Assembly: GCA_951406725.2 (NCBI GenBank)
Contig: OX597821.1
Coordinates: 32,364,001-32,428,000 of the forward strand
Reading direction: 5' to 3'
Length of the DNA: 64,000 nt
Source of the DNA: Octopus vulgaris
Lineage: Eukaryota
Under the pieces are notes generated by a model. The model did not search any database and had not been told where the DNA came from. It was given only the letters and a program-made list of their open reading frames with translations. This document shows positions 23,313 through 37,044 of the stretch, one piece after another. The position numbers and the translations under genes were made by a program. Numbering within the stretch: the first letter of the stretch is position 1; every line of letters starts with the position of its first letter.

Positions 23313-24619
23313 CCACATATACACACACATATACGCACATATTTTTGTATGTATATATGTTTGCTTGTAAATACGTATATACGTATATGTTTATATGGAA
23401 TTAAATCAATAAATAAGTAAACTCTCAGCTCTTCACATCAATGTAAAGAAATGAAAGGGAATCTACAACAAAACAAAACAATAAAACACAAATATAAAAA
23501 AAAAAGAAACATCAAAGAAACAAAAAAAAGGCATCCAACATAAAGCTGCATCATTTTCTTTTAAGTATGCAGGTGGCAATTACACATGCATATTACCCAG
23601 GAACCAGTCGTGTATGCAACACGTTGCTTGTGAAAATCTCACCCATGCCACATTAATTTTTAATTTCTTGGTCGGAATTTTTCTAACACTCCCTGTCTAG
23701 ATCATCCATAGATTTCTGCTCAGCTAAGCCCATTTACACACTTCAAATCAGTTATAGAAAATAAGAGGGGAAAAAATGGAAATTATATGCTTTCTTCTAT
23801 CTTTTTCTCTGACTCTATCTCTCTCTCTATCTCACTCACTTCTCCCTCGCTCTCGCTCTCTCTCCCTCTCTTTTACTCACATTTCTCTATCTGTCTATCA
23901 AACGAACTATCTCACTATATCTTACTGTATGTGCTGTGGAATTTTATGTGTACAAATACAATATTACATGAGTGCGTATCTGTACGTGTGTGTTGCGTGT
24001 ATATGCTTGTGTGTGCCTCTGCTCGTGCTTTTGTGTATGTATTCCGAGTGTTTACTGTTGTTATATGCTCATCTATTTGTGCTTTGCATTGTTTTACATA
24101 ATTTTTTCCAGAAGTCGATTCTGCAAAGGCCGTATTGAAATAGGACTTAAATAAATAAACAAATGAGAACGAAAGAAGCCAACAAAAATCAAAGAAAGAC
24201 AGAAAGCATGAAAGAAAGAATGAATGAATGAAAGGATAGAAAGAGGGAAAAACAAGAGCGCTAAGTGGAGGAGGGGGAAGAAGAATGGAACAGTAATAAT
24301 GATAATAATAATAATTCTTTTCCACTACTCGCTCATTCATGTGTACAATAGAAAAATATGACGTTATAAGACTTACAAAACCTGTAATGATGGACAAAAT
24401 TAAAGCTATATGTGTGTGTGTATTGCACGTATGTGTGTGTGCGTGTTTGTGTGTATATGTGTGTGTGATGTATGTGTGTATGTAAAGGGAGGCATAAATA
24501 TATACAACCTATATAAGTGCATGTTTAAAATTTTGTGAATTAAACACGTTGACAAGCAAAGCTGGCTAAACTTATACGTTCTGTGAAACAGTTATCGCAT
24601 CGGCCTTATTAACAAAAAC

Positions 24620-25100
24620 GAAACATTCAACATTTCTAAGTGTTACTAATAAAAGTCATTGATGGTCTCCAACAGTAACATTTATTCTCTTGTCTATTGT
24701 TCTACTCGTACAAAACTTTATCATGATAATAGATTTATAAAGGCTGAGCTTATATACCGTCTACAAAAAAGTAAACTTGTATTATGTTTAGTGGGGTCCT
24801 TCTTTTACAATTCTCAGCAGATGTAGAAAGCACCATAATTGTCTGTCTTTTGGTTTCGTTTCTAGTCTAAATATTATGCTTCAAGTTCCATATTATCTAT
24901 AGAATTAGTGCACATCAGCACTTACGACCACTTAACCCTCCCCGCAGTGAGTGTTGGCAGCAGATGGATCATGTCCCTTTCACGCGTAGTAAATGAACGG
25001 ACGCTATAATTTGATCCAACATTCTTGATTTATTCAAATTGGCCAGAACACTAGATTTCTTTCTTACCACCACTCAAAGATGTATTGCATGAAGTACAGG
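24620..25100 (-). mobile_element. Very decayed RTE-like RT relic
   Basis: Faint minus-strand similarity to the KGDRxxCxNxRG and FVDxxKAF regions; heavily frameshifted. Confidence 0.3.
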
Positions 25101-25939
25101 TTGTCATGATAACAATCATCAAAATAAAGAAGGATTCAGATTGGTCAAACGAACAACCTACAACTCACCATACTTTTGCTACGATCTTGTAAAATTCTTG
25201 GAACTCTGTATTGAACTGTGTCCACTGCATTTGACAACGTATCATGCGTTGAAGAAATTCTTAGTTATCGTATTGGTCAAGATTCCTTCCCAAATTAGCT
25301 TTAAAAAAATTTGTTCCCTTGCTGAAGCATATTTGCTGTGTTTTCTCTATTACTAGTCTTTTACAAAACCTTACAGAGATTTTTAATTGTACACAGTACG
25401 GCACTTTAATTACGTTTGTACGCGACTACCCAAATTAACTCCCGCTTAACCAGTTTACTAGTTTTCTCATTACAGGTTCAGCTTGCAAGAATCGCGTCTC
25501 CTATTCGGTCTTCTATTTAAACTCTCATATAGTAGATTATATACGAAATTATATATAATTACACAGGAACGAAAAATGTCATCGTGCAATATAGCAGAAG
25601 ACGCTAAACATTTTAAAATTACCCGCAATAATTATACAAAACAACTAAATACATTACAAATATAATTAATACAGGGTATAATCTAACGTTAACAATTTGC
25701 AAATAAGGTAATAGACTTACAAATAGATGAAAAATGTCCACCTAGGTCAGTTCAGTGAACACACGCACGCACATACACGCGCGCACACACACATACACAC
25801 GCACATGCACACTCACACACACATTTTAATTATTTCTCTTTCCCTTATCCGAACATTCCAGTGGACAATTTACGAGTCTAAGGGCACTAGAAAGGTCGAC
25901 GCTTTCTAATAGTTGATGTATGTTTAATCACAGCAAGCC

Positions 25940-27063
25940 TCATTGCTCTTCATGCGAACGATAATGAAGCTTATGAGTCCATATTAGGTTTGTGCGTCTG
26001 ACTGCTGACTTTGTTGGTGTTCCTGTTGTTGATCTATATATTTTGGGTTTCGTTCTTCCTGTTAAACATTTAGTAAATTTTCTAGCTTCACGATGGTGTT
26101 GGAGAGACATTTTATTGTTTGTATTTTCGGTCAAATAACAACCTCCTTCGATGGTCTCACCTTGGGCTTGACGCTCGTTTGTATAGTCCGCGAGAAAGAA
26201 GAGAGACGAATCGGGTACATTTACATATAGGAAACGAGCAAGTTTGTGCTTTCGGAGATATTCAGTGAGTTGCTTGTTCATAGTTGTGATGGACGTTACA
26301 TCGTGGCAGAGGAGTTGTTTCTCTGGCTAAGGTGGAAATATGTTGCTGTTACTGTTACTGTGGATGTTTTTGCTGCTGTTGACTTTAATTTGGCTTCTGA
26401 TCCTGCTGTTACTTTGTTTGTTGCAGTTTCTATTATTGCTGTGTTGCTTGTGTTCTTGTATGTACACATTGGATTTTGCAGCAGTACTGTTTCACTTTCT
26501 GCTTTCCGTTGTTGAAGAAAGACATCCCAGCGTGTTTGCGAATCTAATAAATCGCTAAAATAACATCTGCCATGTGTTATTTTAGCGATTTATTTGATCC
26601 GTAAATTTTTCCTGATATCCGTATTTATCTGGACCAATGCATCTACTTGTATTCTTGAACTATGTATGCAGTAGTGATATTTTATGTCTAAGAATGTGTT
26701 CACGCTCTGCAGAGCAACGCACTCTGTCACCCAGCGTATATTTATTTCTGGCATCCTATCAAACAACATTTTTTGCCAGTTGATATATTTCGGAATAGGT
26801 GTAAATTCCTTATGTCTGCACGAGTGAATTGAATGCTTCTATATCAAAACATTTCAGAGAAATCTCATTCCCACTTATCCATCGCCTGGTTCGAGTGGTG
26901 GACTGAATACCACTTCATATCCCTCCCAAGTATTTTCTCCATGTTGAACTGTGTTGCTTTTCTCGTCGTCGGTTTCCAAAATGCCACAAAGTATATGTCG
27001 TAGAGTGTACGCTTCTAGGAACTCTGAGAGAACAACAAATATCCTGTCTCTCAAAGAGAACAT
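25940..27063 (-). mobile_element. Probable decayed LINE ORF1 (Tx1-like)
   Basis: Broken minus-strand frames (MFSLRDRIFVV..., KMLFDRMPEINIRWV, a T/A-rich low-complexity tract, MNKQLTEYLRKH...) with the same layout as 13975-15020. Confidence 0.35.
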
Positions 27064-27167
27064 TTGAATCTATTCGGGGACTTCTTTGTTTTCCCTCCAG
27101 AAGAACTGTAATTTTTACGTTTTTCTCTTTGAAAAGGAACAGACATTTTCTTTAATTGTTGCTCCTG

Positions 27168-27495
27168 AAGAAGGAGGAGAAGAAGAAGAAGAAGAAGAAG
27201 AAGAAGAAGAAGAAGAAGAAGAAGAAGAAGAAGAAGAAGAAGAAGAAGAAGACGAAGTCGAAGTAGAGGAAGAGGAGGAGGAAAAGGAGAATGGAGTAGA
27301 CGAAGAAGAAGAAGGAGGAGGAGGAGGAGGAGGAGGATGAGAAGAACAAGAAAAAGAAGAAGAAGAAAGGGAAGAAGAAGGGAAAGAAGTAGAAGTAAAG
27401 GAAGAGGAGAATAAAGTAGGCGAAGAAGAAGAAGAAGAAGAAGAAGAAGAAGAAGAAGAAGAAGAAGAAGAAGAAGAAGAAGAAGAAGAAGAAAC
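27168..27495. repeat. (GAA)n/(GGA)n polypurine microsatellite
   Basis: Long GAA arrays; source of the poly-E/S/F ORFs. Confidence 0.95.
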
Positions 27496-27977
27496 TATCA
27501 CGTTACGATTTTTATACATGTAATATTTCACGAATTATATTTGAAGTTTTAATTCTTTTCTTGTGCATATTGCTGATGTTAAAAAATATTCAAAATTATT
27601 TCTTAAACATTTTATAAGAAAATATTGCTGAACGCTGCGCCTATTATGTAAGACAACGCATGTGAGCATAAATGTGTGATTTTTTTGAATATTTTTCCTC
27701 TATGCATATGACGTATAAAAAAATTATCGGAATCTGTGTGTAAAGAAATTTGTCTGTTGCAAGTATTTCATATATTACAAGTATTTCATACGTTTAGTAA
27801 GTAAAGTTTACACAAATACATATAAATACGGACACGCACTCAGGCACATATACACCCAGACACACTCACACACAGAGGCAAACACTCATATATATATTTG
27901 TGTATATATGTATGTGTTGTGTAAGCGTGTGCATGTGTGCACATGATTGAGTGAAAATGTGTGGTGGGTACGCATCT

Positions 27978-28012
<35 letters not shown>

Positions 28013-28339
28013 TCGATTCATACCCATGTATGTATGTATGTAATTCTCCATACATGCATACGTATATACGTTCGTACGTAGTGTAAACTCACATAAACGC
28101 ACATACGAACGCACCCACCCCCATGAACCTATATATATATTTATATGCACGGCCAGGAGTGCGAAATTCAATTTTACAAGAACAAGACGGAATTTAATTG
28201 TAATATTTGCCACGGCTTTAAATCGAATTTTATATCAATAAGCGCTCTGCTAAAATTAATATTGGATTATACCAATTTTCTTTGCATAGAACAATATATA
28301 ATTATATATTTATGTTTTTATGCATACATGAATATAATT

Positions 28340-28402
<63 letters not shown>

Positions 28403-28931
28403 GTATGTATGTATGTATGTATATATGTATGTATCTATGTATCTATGTATCTATGAATGTATCTATGTATCTATATGCACATTATAACATATTCCAGATC
28501 TAAGACTTTGCCAAACTTCTTTTGAAATTCTTTGTAATAATAACGATAAGCAAAACTTACGCTCGATGAATTTGTACAAATTGAAAGTATGTCAGAAATA
28601 TGATAACACTACATGTATTTACCATAACAACCGTAACTCGTGTAATCTCTCATTCAATAATATTGTAACACTCGGAAAATTTCACAAATAATTCATCTCT
28701 GTATCCAGAGATGAATATCTTCTGTTTTTGTACTTTATTATTTACTTGTGTACACAACGAAGCACCCTCTCCAGGTCATATGACGTTCTCTTTGTCATTG
28801 CGCTTTCTATAAATTTGTTCTCCCAAATCTGATTATAATCAGATGAAGCCATCAGTAAAATGAACATGCAATGTTTTAGCCAAAGATAGAAAGATCAACG
28901 TTTAACTCACTTCTCATCATAGAGAACATAT

Positions 28932-29340
28932 ACTCTTACTCTCTTTTTACTTGTTTCAGTCATTTGACCGCAGCCATGCTGCAGCACCGTCTTTAGTCGA
29001 GCAACTCGACTCCGGGACTTATTCTTTGTAAGCCTGGTACTTATTCTATCAGTCTCTTTTGCCGAACCGCTAACTGACGGGGACATAAACACACCAGCAT
29101 CGGTTGTCGAGCGATGATGTGGGTACAAATACAGACACACAAACACATACACACACGTACATATACATACATATATACGACGGGCTTCTTTCAGTTTCCG
29201 TCTACCAAATCCACTCACAAGACTTTGGTCGGCCCTAGGCTATAGTAGAAGACACTTGCCCAAGATGCCCCGCAGTGGGACTGAACCCGGAACCATGTGG
29301 TTGGTAAACAAGCTACTTACCACACAGCCACTCCTGCGCC
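28932..29340 (-). mobile_element. SINE family A, full length
   Basis: Minus strand starts GGCGCAGGAGTGGCTGTGTGGTAAG; all family A modules are present. Confidence 0.9.
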
Positions 29341-29619
29341 TATATATGAATTTTTGGATTAAATGTTACCTTCCACAGCTAGAAAACGGCCATAGAGTAT
29401 TGTTTAACTGAATGTGTACGGATGATCAACTTCTTCGTAAAATAATGGGCAACATAACAAATTGGGTGTCTTCTGCAAAACCTGAATTCTATTTTACCGG
29501 GACCAATATTTAATGCAAACGAAGTTTTCATTCGCAAAGTAATGGTATGTAAGTGAATGTCAAGAAGTGTTTTGTGCTGGCATAATATCAGCCTCACAGC
29601 TCACCACTCTTCAACAAAA

Positions 29620-30300
29620 TCATTGAGCTATTGATCACCAAACTGAAAGAGCTAGATTAATCTGAGTCACAACATATAGCCGAACGATTTTAACATTGTT
29701 CTCCTCTCATTTATCCGAAAATATTAGATACAAGCAAGATGCCAGATATATCAATCATATACATAGAACATATCCTTAATCATTACCGACGAATTCCACA
29801 GGCACAAAAACAAAAATAAAGACAAAATTCTAAAGCTGAAAGCCAGCCCTTTTGAACGGGAATATTCCAAAAGATCTTATTTTCTTCAGGCGTTGAGGCA
29901 TTAAGCAACATGCTAAACCAAACTCAATTACAAATTGAATGGCCAGAGAAAATGATCAGCTATTTGTTACACATGTTAACCTCATCTTATATGTTGCAGA
30001 AATTTAACAACTGGAAACACTATTAGAGATAATACACAGATGCACTTGAGGGAGTTATAGCAAATTAGGTTTAAAAAATAATTATTTCATTTTTCGCCGT
30101 GTGAATTAGCAATATGGCTGGAAAACAAGTAAAGTAATGACAACATTTGAAATACATTAAACGAAATATAGGTGAAGAAGTAATCTTCAAGAACTGGAAA
30201 CATATTAAAATCTACAATGGAACTACAAAAGAAAGTAATGATAAAAGGTAAACATAGCACGAAGAAAACTATTCGTTCCTAACTTAATTGTCAGTAACAA
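29620..30300 (+). mobile_element. Very decayed R4/Dong-like RT relic
   Basis: TGIFQK, ALSNMLNQ, MISYLLHM and LETLLEII occur in the same order as the motifs of 8600-9608. Confidence 0.35.
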
Positions 30301-30585
30301 ATTTAATGTAGAGACTGACGTAAAGGGGTATCTCTGTGAAAAATAGAGAAGCGTAAGGGAGTTGTTAAAAACTTGGCAGTAAGGTAAAGATTTTGCTACA
30401 AAATATGATGCTGATACGAAAAAAACGGCACAACTGGTGAACAAGCCTGCTCAGAACAGTAGCATTAGAGAAGAGTGAACAAAATGGTAATAGATGAAAC
30501 CTCGATATCTGCATGAAACAAGCAGGCCCGGGCACAATGTGACTCAACTAGACCAAAATTCCGAAAAGAAACTGCTATGAACATA

Positions 30586-30826
30586 TACTCTCTCTTTTAC
30601 TCTCTCTTTACTCTTTTGCTTGCTTCAGTTATTTGACTGTGGCCATGCTGGAGCACCGCCTTTAATCGAACGAATCGACCCCAGGACTTATTCTTTGTAA
30701 GCCTAGTACTTATTCTATCGGTTTCTTTTGCCGAACCGCTAAGTTACGGGGATGTAAAGACACCAGCATCGGTTGTCAAGCGATGTTGAAGGTACAAACA
30801 CAGACGCACAAACATATACACACACC

Positions 30827-30875
<49 letters not shown>

Positions 30876-31045
30876 GTATATACGACAGGCTACTTTCAGT
30901 TTCCGTCTACCAAATCCACTCACAAGGCTTTGGTCGGCCCGAGGCTATAGTAGAAGACACTTGCCCAAGGTGCCCCGCAGTCGGACTGAACCCGGAACCA
31001 TGTGGTTTGTAAACTAGGTACTTACTACACAGCCACTCCTACGCC
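30586..31045 (-). mobile_element. SINE family A, full length
   Basis: Reverse complement of 38469-38918; internal (TA)n. Confidence 0.9.
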
Positions 31046-31358
31046 TATTATATATATAAGGAAGAATAATACGAATATGGATGTTAGCTGCAACGAGGCA
31101 TAAAATAACCTTCTTTCACACTTCCAGGCTCACCCCAAAGAAAATAAACATAACGAATAGATGCTTTTATATGTCGAGTAGGTGTCACCAAAATCGGGCT
31201 GTGGACCAGTACCTGGCAAAGGCTCATTTGCTACCGGTCCACACAGGAAGAATAAAATTTGAAATAATGTTCTTTACTTTATGGATTATCGCAGTCTGCA
31301 GGGTGTTTTTTGCATTACGCACACACATACACACATACACACACGCACACTCACACAC

Positions 31359-31421
<63 letters not shown>

Positions 31422-31844
31422 GCCGACTATACGCTCACCCGTTTTAGGCGCAACTGGTGAATGCGTGCGTGTGTGTGTATGTGTGCATGTGTGTGTGTCA
31501 GTTTGTATGCCGAATTATATATATATAATATACTGTTTCATATTAACTAGGTTAAGGTTCATAACTAGTTTGTTATATTGAAGTTCGTCATATGGATTAT
31601 TAAATAATGCTATATGAAACTAGAAATTGGTTGTGGGGTACCTATGTTAAATTACCCTCTCATTGGATTCGCACACGTGCTTTTGCTGAATGATGAATAG
31701 TATCTGAACGGTTTTCATTGAAATATACAATCATGTACGCACACGCACATATACACACGTGCATATGCATATACACACATACGCACACGTACACACACAT
31801 ACATACAAACGTACACACACATACATACATGCCCGATAATATAT

Positions 31845-32034
31845 ATGTAGAGAATTCACAAAAAAAAAACAAAAGACGAAAACAGGTGGTGCAGACAACA
31901 AACAGATGTATTAGTATAACGTTCGGGAAGGGAAAAGTCTTTAATGTTTCGAGCCTACGCTCTTCCACAGAAAGGAACACAGAAAGAAACAAGGAGAGAA
32001 AATAAAGAATGTGTAGTGGCTAGCGATCTATCAT
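31845..32034 (-). mobile_element. ~180-bp dispersed repeat with a hammerhead-like hairpin, copy 2
   Basis: Minus strand reads CTTT-CTGTGGA-A-GAGC-GTAG-GCTC-GAAAC-ATT-AAAG at 31939-31974. Confidence 0.65.
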
Positions 32035-32745
32035 ATGTATGTAGGTATGTTCATATGTGTGTATATCTATGTTTGTGCAGACATAAGGAATGTACGCAAT
32101 ATATATCTCTTCTTTATATATAAGCAGTTATAAAAGTAGCAAAGAACCTAGGTATCCTCCTGGGTCAGAAATTATGGTTCATGGTATTGCGTTCTTCTGG
32201 AATTATTTTTCCTTTCAAAAAGCTGCAAGAAGTGAGTTGTTTTGTAAGTTAGTGAAAACTGCATTTCTTTTCCTAGTGTTCTTAATAAATACAAAAGACA
32301 GTGTGATGTTTCAATCTTTAGGGCCTTCGAGAAAACCTACTAAATGCCCTTTGTTCCAAGCTATTACGATCTGTGCTCAAATCCCACAGGGCTAAATTTA
32401 CCTTTCATAGTTTCGAGATCGATCCAATATGTACTAGTTGAGTACTTTGCATGTAATCTACTAACGCTGTCCTCCTCTAATTGCAAGCTTTGGGACAAGG
32501 ATGAACCCGCTATAATTAAATATAAGATGGGGTCACAATACTCTGTGTATTTATTATTGTTTTTTTTTATATTCTAAATTCTAATTCATTGAATACACAT
32601 TTGTCTTTCATCCATCTGGAGTCAGTATAATGGATTACCATTCAACAACTAATGGCGAAACACTCAGATTTGTAGCGTTTCATTTATGTTTGCAGTCAGT
32701 AGATGATGTGAGTGTGTGTGTGTGTGTGTGTCAGTGTGTGTGTGT

Positions 32746-32795
<50 letters not shown>

Positions 32796-33635
32796 GTATA
32801 CAAAGAGTCATACAAAGACATACACACGCGCATATATTTATAAAGAGAGACAGATAGATATGCTGAGGCGAGACAGAGACAGAAAGATAACTAGAGAGAA
32901 AGAGGAAAGTATATTTTGTAGTCAGTTACAGACAAGAGAGTGCAGATGAAGCCATGATATGTATGTAGGTATTTAAGTAGCTTATATCGAAAAGATGATC
33001 CCTGTGATAACGAGCTTTGCTAATACATCCATTCTTTTCATTCTTTCTCATCTTTTTCTCTCTCCTTTTTATTCTTTCCTAGTATCAGATGCGATTTTCA
33101 ATGAATAAATTTACTCTCAAACGTCCATATTAAATATTCAAACCGCATAGACACGCATACCGCAAACGTTGGCTTCCCATGTAGAACCTAAATAGATATA
33201 ATTCATAATAGGATTATGAATTCTTGTAAAGTGGCAGATTAACTGTAGTGAAATAATGATGAAGTCACGAAATTCTTCGACTTATTTTAAGAAGCAAGTC
33301 TGAAATGTTTACGACTTCTGTATTTCTAACGATTATATTCGATTATTCCTTCTGTTGCGTACTTTATTAATCCTGTCTCTTACATTGAATGAGAAGGCCA
33401 ACTCCACTCCACACATTACATATCTCGAACAGCATTTCTAATAGAATTACGAGACATATACCACGCAGTTAATCATAGTGATTAGGAAAGTTACTAGACT
33501 GAGCTGTGTTCGTATCATCTTCGTTGACAGGCGAGATAACTCTTCAAATGATTTACATCATATATATGCATGTGTGTGTACGAGTACGTATGTGTATATA
33601 TAGATGTACACACACACAGGCACACACATACACAC

Positions 33636-33681
<46 letters not shown>

Positions 33682-34282
33682 CTGTACAGCAAAAAAGCGT
33701 ACGAATTACGATTACAATTTTTATGCATGTGACATCGCTGATAAGAAATAGGAGATAAATAACATAAACAGAAATTTTGCAACAAATAATTAACAATTAA
33801 TATTTCAAGCTCACGAGAGAAACTCTTCGTGGTTACTCAACATGCTAAATGTAGCGCCAACACATCCCAAAATCAGACAGCATCGTCTTTTAAAAATGAT
33901 GAACACTTTGTGAAAAATGTGATAATTAAGTTACGAATTCCTCAAATGAAACACTTTTAGTCAGTAATCTGCTCGATTACGGCAGTTCTGAGAGTAGAAA
34001 CAACTACTAAAAGAATTGAATTCAACGGGAATTTTCGCCATGGTCGCTCAGCATGCGAGATGCACCAGTCATAATTTACAAAACATCACATGGTACCAAA
34101 TGCACAGTACATTTGATAGACGCAGCAGATTATAATCCTCTTTGAGTAGGGCTCCTTTTTGCAAAAATATCTGCAAAACTACTTATTCAAACCAAAATAG
34201 TTGACTGCATGCATGTGTGACTATCAGTCTGACTGTTTGTGTGTGTGTGCTTGTATTTGTATTCCCTACTGTATGTAAATGT

Positions 34283-34667
34283 GGAGGCGCAATGGCCCAG
34301 TGGTTAGGGCAGCGGACTCGCGGTCGTAGGATCGCGGTTTCGATTCCCAGACCGGGCGTTGTGAGTGTTTATTGAGCGAAAACACCTAAAAGCTCCACGA
34401 GGCTCTGGCAGGGGATGGTGGTGATCCCTGCTGTACTCTTTCGCCACAACTTTCTCTCACTCTTACTTACTGTATCTGTTGTGCCTGTATTTCAAGGGAC
34501 CGGCCTTGTCACACTCTGTGTCACGCTGAATATCCCCGAGAACTACGTTAAGGGTGCACGTGTCTGTGGAGTGCTCAGCCACTTACACGTTAATTTCACG
34601 AGCAGGCTGTTCCGTTGATTCGGATCAACCGGAACCCTCATCGTCGTAACCGACGTAGTGCTTCCAT
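34283..34667 (+). mobile_element. tRNA(Arg)-like SINE family C, full length with 13-bp TSD
   Basis: A-box TGGCCCAGTGGT, B-box GGTTTCGATTCC and a tRNA-like head continuing into a ~300-bp body. TSD TGTATGTAAAT(G/A)T at 34270-34282 and 34668-34680. Resembles described octopus OR-type SINEs (exact family name uncertain). Confidence 0.9.
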
Positions 34668-34696
34668 TGTATGTAAATATTAATGTTTAAACACTC

Positions 34697-34880
34697 AAGT
34701 GAAGAATAGTGGAGAAATCCAAGCCATATGTTTATGGATCTAAGAAATGCAACTTATACGTAGCAGGAAGATCTTATATTCTTCTTAGATCCAACAATTC
34801 CAACGCACTGCTTTATTCTAGATCTGAAATTTTTCGCAGGTGTAAACATATGGACAGGTTACGTTTACCAAATTGGAGCA
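34697..34880 (+). mobile_element. Penelope-like element GIY-YIG endonuclease C-terminal fragment
   Basis: K*RIVEKSKPYVYGSKKCNLY...LLYSRSEIFRRCKHMDRLRL (cf. WxIxxKAxPYxxGxKxCNLC...LNxRSExxxKCRHxNK). Confidence 0.75.
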
Positions 34881-35448
34881 AACCACCCGCTCTGGAACGG
34901 GTTGCTATCTCGCAGATTTTGACACACTTTGTTCTATACTGAATGTATTAATCGAGTTTTCTGCAATCAGCAACAACGAGGATCTAAAACTTCTTGACTT
35001 TGTTTCTTTCTTCTTATTCCATTTTTGCATCAGCATTCTTCGTGTTATTTTTTTACGTTTATCTATTTTTTTTCACATTTTTCTTATTGCTTCACTGTCC
35101 AGCGTCCTAGTTTTTAAAATATATATAACGCATAAACAGAGCCTGAAGGACTGGTTAGTGATATATGGACTAGTATATGAATATACCTAGTTAAATTATC
35201 ATAAAAGCATGGATATATTAGTAGCTCTTACGGTCGTGTATTAAATTGATACTTATCTCTCACTGGGTTCAGTATTTCTCTTGTTCAATTTCTCGGTATG
35301 AAGATGAAGGAAAGAAGTCTGTCCGATAACTAAAAGATGCCACTATCTATACTGCTCACCTTTGATGCCTTCTCTCATCAAATTGGAGGTATACGAATCA
35401 ATACTCGAAGTGCCACAGTAATGGATGACATCTAAGGTTCGAAAATAC

Positions 35449-35895
35449 GGATCTTTTCGGTTTGAACGGCAGTTTTTTCTAGCGATGTCATATGAAATTG
35501 TCACCCATAATTATGACACTAGTATCGATCTATTGCATTTCAGTCTGTTTTACGGTTAGTGTTAGTTAGGGCTAGTTAGTGTTAGTTTGGGTTAGGGTTG
35601 GGGTTAGAGGTGGGGGGAAGGATATCTTTTTTTCTTCACAAATGTAAATAAACCCAATCTGTTTCTTAAACGGGGGGCATATTCATACGGCACAGCATGT
35701 TTTTTACCTCAATATAGGTCACTGATTGGTTGAAATTGCAGAAATTGAAGAAAAAGAAACAACAAATAGCTTACAAACTATAGAATTGTCTCAATAAAGT
35801 CAAGAGAAAAACGCATTCTACCACTATACGAAGTTTAAATTTTTTTAGTTACCTAGATTTTATGTTAAAAACTGCCGTTCAGACCGAAAAGATCC
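35449..35895. mobile_element. TTAGGG-bearing MITE (copy 2)
   Basis: Same TIRs and body as 18374-18797; TSD GAAAATAC / GAAAATTC. Confidence 0.9.
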
Positions 35896-36334
35896 GAAAA
35901 TTCTGCTGGATAACGAATTTCTCGAACTCAGTGAGATTTGATATCAAAACTGAGAAAGCTAAGACAATGTAAAACTTCATACTAATTGGCTAATTTGTGC
36001 TTGTGTGCAGGAAACCTTTATATTGCCAGTTCCCAGCATTAGACATTCATGATGCTGGAGATCTATTTCAAACAATCATACATTAGTAATTTTAGTAAAC
36101 AACACCTTTTAGAATAAAGGCGTCAGACAAATAAAATACATAAACTTTTGGTTTATATTTGACGATGATAAGAATGTAATTGTTTGAAGTGTCATTAGAC
36201 TTCATGTTTTATCTGTGATAATTAGAAACACTTACTCTATGTGATAATTAGAAACGTTTGTTTTCTGATTTGATTGAAAGCCTCTGTGTGTGTATGTGTA
36301 TGTATGTATGTATGTATGTATGTATGTATGTATG

Positions 36335-36400
<66 letters not shown>

Positions 36401-37044
36401 TACATACATACATACACACACACACACATATATATACACGCACATATACGCTCACACACACGCACACATTCATTCAACACATATGGTATTATTTTCATTT
36501 TCACCCAAGAAGAATGCTAATTGTCAGCGAGGAATATTACAGTCGATTACATCGACTCGATTATTTGCCAGAATTTATTTTATCGATCGTAGAAGAATGA
36601 AATGCAAAATTTCCACGGGGTGATTTGAACCTGCGGCATTAAGTAAGCAACATAATTAAAGAAAGATGATAAGTTTTGACACAGTAACGTATAGCGTATG
36701 CTACTCAACCGTTTCACTTAATCCCTAGATCCTCATTTCATTTTAACTTTCACTAAGTTTAAGTTTTAAGCTGATAAATATAAAGTCGAATCGTATTTAA
36801 TACTGAGTTATTTACTTGCCATTTAACTGATAATCTTCTAGATTTGTTGCAGTTGTGGAAGTCCCCAAGAACGTTAAACAAAAAGTAGCAAGTGCCTCTA
36901 TTGTATAGCAGTGCAACTAACATGGTATATAATATGTCATTATAATCAAAGGTTGTTTTAAATGCCAAAGTATAGCTAGGTTGTTTATTAATTATGATTT
37001 GAGTTTGAAAATTTTCAGATAAAGCGGTTCCTATAATTGACGTT

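Noticed and set aside
27086-27531. Poly-Glu/poly-Ser ORFs
   Set aside because: (GAA)n microsatellite; flanks show no protein-like sequence.
34283-34356. Functional tRNA-Arg gene
   Set aside because: The cloverleaf is imperfect and the sequence continues into a repeat body bounded by a TSD, so it is a SINE head.
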